This document shows positions 58,984-64,000 of a stretch of DNA of 64,000 nucleotides, in pieces. A model generated the notes under the pieces. It was not told where the DNA came from. It worked only from the letters and a program-made list of their open reading frames with translations, and ran no database searches. Numbering within the stretch: position 1 is the stretch's first letter; each line of letters begins with the position of its first letter. The translations under genes and the position numbers were made by a program. Source of the stretch: Armatimonadota bacterium (GTDB lineage Bacteria > Armatimonadota > UBA5829 > DTLH01); contig JBDKUN010000042.1 in NCBI GenBank assembly GCA_039679675.1, forward strand, positions 14,745-78,744. Direction: 5' to 3'.

Positions 58984-59010
58984 ACAACTATTGTGACCTT
59001 CTGCCGATAA
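58984..59010 (+). promoter_or_regulatory. sigma28-type promoter of the c-di-GMP enzyme operon
   Basis: ACAA-N15-GCCGATAA. Confidence 0.6.
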
Positions 59011-59013
59011 TGG

Positions 59014-59262
59014 ATGATGATGAACAATTGGTTTCCCGGAGCAGTATTTACCGGATCAGGAATTCTCGCTGTCTACGTAGCGGGAATATACTCCGGCGCT
59101 CCAATGAATTTGATACTGGCGCTTACAGTCGGCGGCATTACCGCCGCGGCCCTTGCTGCAGCCTGTCTGCGGCTGTGGGCATCGCGGCGATATCCCGGCC
59201 ACGCTCCCGACAACACTATACGAGACGAGCAAGGAGATATCCTTCATGCTGGTTACAGATAG
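59014..59262 (+). CDS. Small membrane protein upstream of the GGDEF/HD-GYP gene
   Basis: Two hydrophobic segments; overlaps the start of the next gene; start is one of three tandem ATGs. Confidence 0.5.
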   Translation: MMMNNWFPGAVFTGSGILAVYVAGIYSGAPMNLILALTVGGITAAALAAACLRLWASRRYPGHAPDNTIRDEQGDILHAGYR

Positions 59263-61762
59263 CCTGCTTAACCGATTGGCTAAAGCAGCAGTTGAAACTA
59301 CAGTGTCGGATGTTGCAGTGGTGATGATAGCCGACCGGCAGGACAACGTGCTCAGACTTATGGGAGGTCACAATCTCAGCATCAGAGGGATGCTGGGGTT
59401 ATCGGTCCCTATCAATGAGGAAAACTTTTGCGGCGGGATTGTGACTACGGGCGAAAGCTCGCTCCAGCGTGACCTGACCAAGCTCGAAGCACCTGTCAGG
59501 ACGCTTCTGGAAGCCTGCGGAGCCTGCACAGCCCTCGGAGTGCCGATTATGGTCGGTGCTCAAGCATCCGGTGTGATGATACTCGGCAGTACAGCAAGAA
59601 AATATTCAAGCTCCATCCTCCCGATTGCCCAATCCCTCGCCGATCTAGCCGCAGTCTCTTATGAACGTGACAGGCTCATCGCGGACCTGACCCAGGAAGT
59701 CCATGAGCTCAAGTGGCTTTCAAGGATTACGGACAAAATCCGTCTGGAGGAAAGCCGGGACAACGTCATTGCCTCAGTGCTTGAAGCCGGAAGCGAAGTG
59801 CTCACCTCTGACGGGATGGCCCTCTACCTGTTTAATGAAGACCAGTCCGCCATCAGTTGTGCCGGAGCAGTCGGCATTCCCGTTTCATTCGTCGAGCCGA
59901 AATTCGAGGAACAGCGTGCGGCGCTCGTCGAAGCGATCGGGCTGCAGGAGCCGCTTATAATCAACGATATAAAGACTCTGCCCGAAGGCAATCCTTTCCG
60001 CCAGTTGATCCTCGATATAAACACCAGAAGCATTTTCGGAATGCATCTGAGCCATAGAGGACGCCCTATCGGTATGCTGATGGCGCTTTTCAGGCGGCCG
60101 GGAGCAGGTGGTGAACTGAGGCCTGAGCTCTGCCGAATGCTGGCGCTGGATGCAGCCGTCGCACTTAACTATTCTATGCTTCTGGAACAGTCCAGATCTC
60201 TCGTCGGTGAGCTTGAGGAAGTCAACAAGAAGTTGAAAAAGCAGGCAATCCAGGACGGATTGACGGGACTTGCAAACCATAGGGCATTTCACCAGAGGAT
60301 CGCTGAAGCCGTCCACAGAGTCGGCCGCTACGGCGAGTCGTTCTCACTCGCAATGCTCGATGTTGACCATTTCAAAGCTTATAACGACGCATACGGCCAC
60401 CCAGAAGGCGACCTGGCACTGCAGCATATCTCCCGGTTGATCCAGGCAGAGCTTAGGGAAAGTGACCTGGCAGCCAGATACGGAGGAGAGGAGTTTACCA
60501 TCATCCTGCCTCACACGCCCAAGTCACACGCTCGAATGGCGCTTGAGCGTATTCGAAAATCGATAGACTCCTTCCAGTTTCCAAACGGTAAGCTGACAAT
60601 CTCAGCCGGTGTCGCCGAATGTCCTACAGACGGAGTCACATCGAACGAAGTGATTGAGAAAGCCGACCGAGCGTTGTATCACTCCAAGCTGACCGGGCGA
60701 AACAGGGTAAGCCTGTGGGCCACCCCGAATGAAACCTCCGGACGGGCGGAATCTGTATCATCGGACTCCAAGTCTGTCAGTGTACTGATGGTGGATACTG
60801 ACGAAGATGCCCGCAAGGCGATGGAAAAGGCTCTCGTGGAATGCGGCTATGATCTGCACAAGGCTTCATCCACAAGCGAAGCCATAGAACTCTTGAGAAG
60901 CCGCAAATTCGATATTATGCTGTCGGACACGCTGATACTTGGGACGGAAGGGCTGCAGGTCCTCGGTCTTGCATCGAGCATCCACCCGATGATGCCTATT
61001 GTGCTAACTACCGCTCCTTCCATGGCGAACATCGCGCGGGAAGCGATGCAGCATGGTGTAACTGACTTACTTGTGGAACCATTTAATGAAAACGAGCTGC
61101 CAGTGGTCATAGAGCGAAACCTGGAGCGAAAGCGCATAGAGCGGCAAATGCTGCTCGAACGAAGCACAGGTATACTGCTTCAAGCTATAGACGCGCTCGT
61201 CGCGGCCATCGATGCGAGAGACCGGAACACGGCTGGGCATACAACAAGGGTAACTCACATCTCGCTTGCCATAGCTGACGCTCTGGGACTTCCTTCCGAA
61301 GAGCGCTACACACTGGAACTCGCCGCGAGACTCCACGATATAGGCAAGATCTCGCTTCCAGACAGCGTGATGAACAAGCCCGGAGCACTTTCCAGCTCGG
61401 AATGGAACGCAATGCAGCGTCATCCGTCTGTCGGGAGCCAGATTGTCGGTTCCATAGAAGAATTGTCCTATATCGCGACGATAGTGCGGCATCATCACGA
61501 GCGGCTGGACGGCAAGGGTTATCCCGACGGCCTGCAGGGAGAGGCTATACCGTTCCTGTCGAGGATTATAACGGTAGCGGACGCCTTCGAAGCAATGACA
61601 AGCGACCGGTCGTTCAGGTCCAGGATGACTACAGAAGAATCCATCGCGGAACTGAGACGGTGTGCGGGAACACACTATTCACCCGATATAGTGGAAGCAC
61701 TGGTCGAGAGCTTGAAAATGGGCTCCATCGGCGATGAGCAGCATATTGACAAAGCGGCGTAA
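59246..61762 (+). CDS. GAF-GAF-GGDEF-REC-HD-GYP protein (diguanylate cyclase/phosphodiesterase)
   Basis: DGLTGLANHR, DVDHFKAYND, RESD..ARYGGEEF, REC with D (DIMLSD), HDIGK, HHERLDGKGYP; ATG behind AAGGAG. Confidence 0.93.
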   Translation: MLVTDSLLNRLAKAAVETTVSDVAVVMIADRQDNVLRLMGGHNLSIRGMLGLSVPINEENFCGGIVTTGESSLQRDLTKLEAPVRTLLEACGACTALGVPIMVGAQASGVMILGSTARKYSSSILPIAQSLADLAAVSYERDRLIADLTQEVHELKWLSRITDKIRLEESRDNVIASVLEAGSEVLTSDGMALYLFNEDQSAISCAGAVGIPVSFVEPKFEEQRAALVEAIGLQEPLIINDIKTLPEGNPFRQLILDINTRSIFGMHLSHRGRPIGMLMALFRRPGAGGELRPELCRMLALDAAVALNYSMLLEQSRSLVGELEEVNKKLKKQAIQDGLTGLANHRAFHQRIAEAVHRVGRYGESFSLAMLDVDHFKAYNDAYGHPEGDLALQHISRLIQAELRESDLAARYGGEEFTIILPHTPKSHARMALERIRKSIDSFQFPNGKLTISAGVAECPTDGVTSNEVIEKADRALYHSKLTGRNRVSLWATPNETSGRAESVSSDSKSVSVLMVDTDEDARKAMEKALVECGYDLHKASSTSEAIELLRSRKFDIMLSDTLILGTEGLQVLGLASSIHPMMPIVLTTAPSMANIAREAMQHGVTDLLVEPFNENELPVVIERNLERKRIERQMLLERSTGILLQAIDALVAAIDARDRNTAGHTTRVTHISLAIADALGLPSEERYTLELAARLHDIGKISLPDSVMNKPGALSSSEWNAMQRHPSVGSQIVGSIEELSYIATIVRHHHERLDGKGYPDGLQGEAIPFLSRIITVADAFEAMTSDRSFRSRMTTEESIAELRRCAGTHYSPDIVEALVESLKMGSIGDEQHIDKAA

Positions 61763-61844
61763 GGTTCTGTCGCCTAATTGTCGCCTAATAGAAGAAAAAG
61801 CCCTCTCCCTAATTAGGAAAAAGGCTTATTTTGAGCTCAAAAAG

Positions 61845-61920
61845 TGGAGCCGATGGGAGGACTCGAACCTCTGACCCGCGCATTACGAATGCGCTGCTCT
61901 ACCAACTGAGCTACATCGGC
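61845..61920 (-). tRNA. tRNA-Thr(CGT)
   Basis: Cloverleaf, anticodon loop TTCGTAA, 3' CCA. Confidence 0.97.
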
Positions 61921-61924
61921 ATTA

Positions 61925-62000
61925 TGGTGCCGAGACGCAGAATCGAACTGCGGACACGTGGATTTTCAGTCCACTGCTCTACCATCTGAGCTATCTCGGC
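61925..62000 (-). tRNA. tRNA-Phe(GAA)
   Basis: Cloverleaf, loop CTGAAAA, 3' CCA. Confidence 0.97.
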
Positions 62001-62017
62001 AGGTCGAGTAATTAAAA

Positions 62018-62094
62018 TGGCGGGGATGACGGGACTCGGACCCGCGACCTCCTACGTGACAGGCAGGCGCTCTAACCAACTGAGCTACACCCCC
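62018..62094 (-). tRNA. tRNA-Asp(GTC)
   Basis: Cloverleaf, loop CTGTCAC, 3' CCA; T-loop reads TCCGAGT. Confidence 0.93.
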
Positions 62095-62100
62095 GCGTTT

Positions 62101-62176
62101 TGGTGGGCGAAGAGGGACTTGAACCCCCGACATCTTCCTTGTAAGGGAAGCGCTCTCCCAACTGAGCTATTCGCCC
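62101..62176 (-). tRNA. tRNA-Val(TAC)
   Basis: Cloverleaf, loop CTTACAA, 3' CCA. Confidence 0.97.
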
Positions 62177-62187
62177 GGACGGAGATT

Positions 62188-62216
62188 ATTCTATCAAATA
62201 CTCCGCTTTCAGTCAA
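62188..62216 (-). promoter_or_regulatory. sigma70 promoter of the tRNA operon
   Basis: TTGACT-N17-TAGAAT with extended TG, 11 nt before tRNA-Val. Confidence 0.8.
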
Positions 62217-62262
62217 TGTCGTTGGGTAAGCTTTATCAGATTTACTAACAAAGCTTCTGCAT

Positions 62263-62330
62263 AAAAAAAGGTGCATTTCTTTGCACCAGTTTCCTAAACC
62301 CTCAGGACTTTCACCCTGCAAGAAAACAAC
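62263..62330 (-). ncRNA. Candidate small RNA (~70 nt)
   Basis: TTGACA-N17-TATACT promoter (62365-62337), GAAA-capped hairpin, terminator GGTGCA-AAGAAA-TGCACC-T7. Confidence 0.5.
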
Positions 62331-62552
62331 ACACGAAGTATATCATAGCCCGCTGCCCCTGTCAACAAAAATTGGACAGAAAATCTATTTTTATGCAGGG
62401 AACTAAAGCTCAATATGCCGCGTATTGTAGATAGAGTTAAACGCTTGCGACTCTTTTCTCCTTTCTGAAGCGGCCAAAGCCTACAGGCTAAGGCCGACAT
62501 TTACAGCCCGTCGGTTCCCCCACTTTCCGACGGGCTATTTTTATGAGAACTA

Positions 62553-62945
62553 TTATACGAGCCAGCGTTCAAACAAATCTTCCATTTCCGCCTTAGGTTC
62601 CTCGCGCACCGGCGAAAAAGAGATAATCGTCACTGTGTCGAGCGGTGTAACGACGTTGTCGTATATCCGCGAAAGCAGTGTCATGATCTCTTCAGGCAAT
62701 CTGAACTCAGGGTTCTCCTTTTCGACTTCCCGTGCGGTAAGTTCCCCGATCTGCTTGACTACCACCTCATCGATTACAGCAGTAAACAGCCGCTGTCTTG
62801 GCCCGAACCTGCGTCCGACTGTAATCCATACAAGCATACCCGGCTGATACTTATTTGTCTTATCGCCGAGGCGGATTGTGGCAGTCTTTCTGCCCTTCTT
62901 CAGCATATCAGCGTATATCTCAGAATAAAAATTGAGCGCGAACAT
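62553..62945 (-). CDS. ASCH/PUA-like domain protein
   Basis: LNF..Y...LKKGRKTATIRLG (GxKxxTxR ASCH motif); start at MFALNF. Confidence 0.85.
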   Translation of the reverse strand: MFALNFYSEIYADMLKKGRKTATIRLGDKTNKYQPGMLVWITVGRRFGPRQRLFTAVIDEVVVKQIGELTAREVEKENPEFRLPEEIMTLLSRIYDNVVTPLDTVTIISFSPVREEPKAEMEDLFERWLV

Positions 62946-63102
62946 CACGTCACTCCTAATCAAAAGCTTCTTTACCAAGCCGATTCAGCATTATAGGCAC
63001 AACCTTTTTTTACTGTCAACTCCCGGCCTGTTTATACTTTACCCAATGAAGGTAAACACATAATTACTTATCGGTAAAATCGCGTATTACAAGGAGGTCG
63101 AA

Positions 63103-63267
63103 ATGCCAGAAGATCCTGTATGCGGTATGCAAGTCAGTGCTGACACCCCTTACAAAGTGGAAACGGAAGACGGAACTTATTATTTCTGCAGCAGGGAATG
63201 CGCGCAGGAATTTATCGAGAATTCCGAGGACTATCTGTCTCCAATGAATGAATCATTCAATGAATAA
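63103..63267 (+). CDS. YHS/TRASH domain protein (54 aa, absent from ORF track)
   Basis: MPEDPVCGMQV...GTYYFCSRECAQEF; AAGGAGG RBS. Confidence 0.92.
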   Translation: MPEDPVCGMQVSADTPYKVETEDGTYYFCSRECAQEFIENSEDYLSPMNESFNE

Positions 63268-63369
63268 AAAAAATTAATGTTCAGCACGTTTAGTTTAGCA
63301 GGCAAGCGGATAAAATGTATTGCCTATGGGACGGTGTACGCTTAACAATAGCCGTCCTCTATTGCCCCG

Positions 63370-63409
63370 AGCAGGCGGCATCCTGACCATGCCGCCTGCT
63401 TTTCTTTTG
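63370..63409 (+). terminator. Rho-independent terminator
   Basis: AGCAGGCGGCAT-N7-ATGCCGCCTGCT-TTTCTTTT. Confidence 0.85.
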
Positions 63410-63570
63410 TTCAGGAATATCGCCCTACGCTGATACTACAAAGATTCAACTCAACCAATCACTACGTTTAGCCATGCCTAAATTTGGCTAAACTAATATT
63501 GTCGGGGTCTGTTATGAGATTGCAGACTGTCGGCAGCGTCTCAAATCTTCCATAGAAAGGGGGGTGCGCG

Positions 63571-63807
63571 GTGAACCTTAGAGAACATGCCATTGCAATC
63601 ATAATCAGGACTAAACTTGCTGAAGACACGCGCACCAGCGGGCAGACCATAGACGTATATGTGGCCGACGGCGATATTCAGCTTATTGGTATCGTTGACT
63701 CCGAACTACAACGTATTACGGCAGAGGAGTTGGTTAAGGGATTGCCCGGTGTCAGGCAAGTTGTAGATAACATCAGGATCAGGCGCGTGCCGGTCGGCAG
63801 CGCATAA
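63571..63807 (+). CDS. BON domain protein
   Basis: IDVYVADGDIQLIGIVDS.....AEELVKGLPGVRQVVDNI. Confidence 0.88.
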   Translation: MNLREHAIAIIIRTKLAEDTRTSGQTIDVYVADGDIQLIGIVDSELQRITAEELVKGLPGVRQVVDNIRIRRVPVGSA

Positions 63808-64000
63808 TATAATTCATAGATAACACCGAGCCGGGTTATCGACTTCGATACCCGGCTCAATTATTGAGACTCCCTAACGGATTTTGCTAGTTCAGACCGC
63901 ATAAGCGGCAATGCTCATGGGATCAACTCCGAGTATCTGATTAAAATAACGAGCAAGCGAGAAAGCCGTAGCTTTAGCTTGGACTCGTCTATAAAGCCCA

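Noticed and set aside
59153..59245. Upstream TTG start for the GGDEF/HD-GYP gene
   Set aside because: ATG 59246 has a strong AAGGAG RBS; the extension overlaps the small membrane ORF
62017..62500. ORFs over the tRNA cluster and adjacent gap
   Set aside because: They overlap tRNA genes and promoter/terminator signals; spurious

Overview
Chromosomal window of a diderm bacterium. The gene content (PQQ/golvesin giant protein, stand-alone secretin N-domain protein, DUF6785-type membrane protein, large SRP RNA, PASTA kinase) suggests Armatimonadota, which is inference only. The housekeeping content is the dnaX 5' end, large SRP RNA, aroC/K/B, rpe, ribD/E/BA/H, htrA, an M16 peptidase, iorAB, an AmmeMemo radical SAM gene and four tRNAs. 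Two paralogous type IV pilus/T2SS-like assembly clusters are present. Cluster 1 (7.3-21 kb) has a 2300-aa PilY1-like adhesin, pilMNOP, a stand-alone secretin N-domain protein and a secretin. Cluster 2 (39.5-50 kb) is pilMNOPQ-pilB-pilT-pilC and ends in the best candidate for a novel system: a SigB/SigF-type sigma factor fused to a catalytically dead GGDEF domain that keeps the RxxD c-di-GMP I-site, i.e. a putative one-component c-di-GMP-sensing sigma factor. In support of a circuit, a sigma28-type motif (NCAR-N15-GCCGATAA) precedes pilM2, pilB and a GAF-GAF-GGDEF-REC-HD-GYP gene. PilM2, the sigma-GGDEF protein and that cyclase/phosphodiesterase all end in Ala-Ala (possible ClpXP degron), and the PilB MshEN motifs are degenerate. 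Also seen are SigB-like promoters before small stress-type genes, three candidate sRNAs, composite dispersed intergenic repeats, an AT-rich glycosylation cassette and a possible integrase arm-site remnant at tRNA-Thr. No CRISPR array, rRNA or intact mobile element was found. All domain calls are by eye, and no database searches were run.
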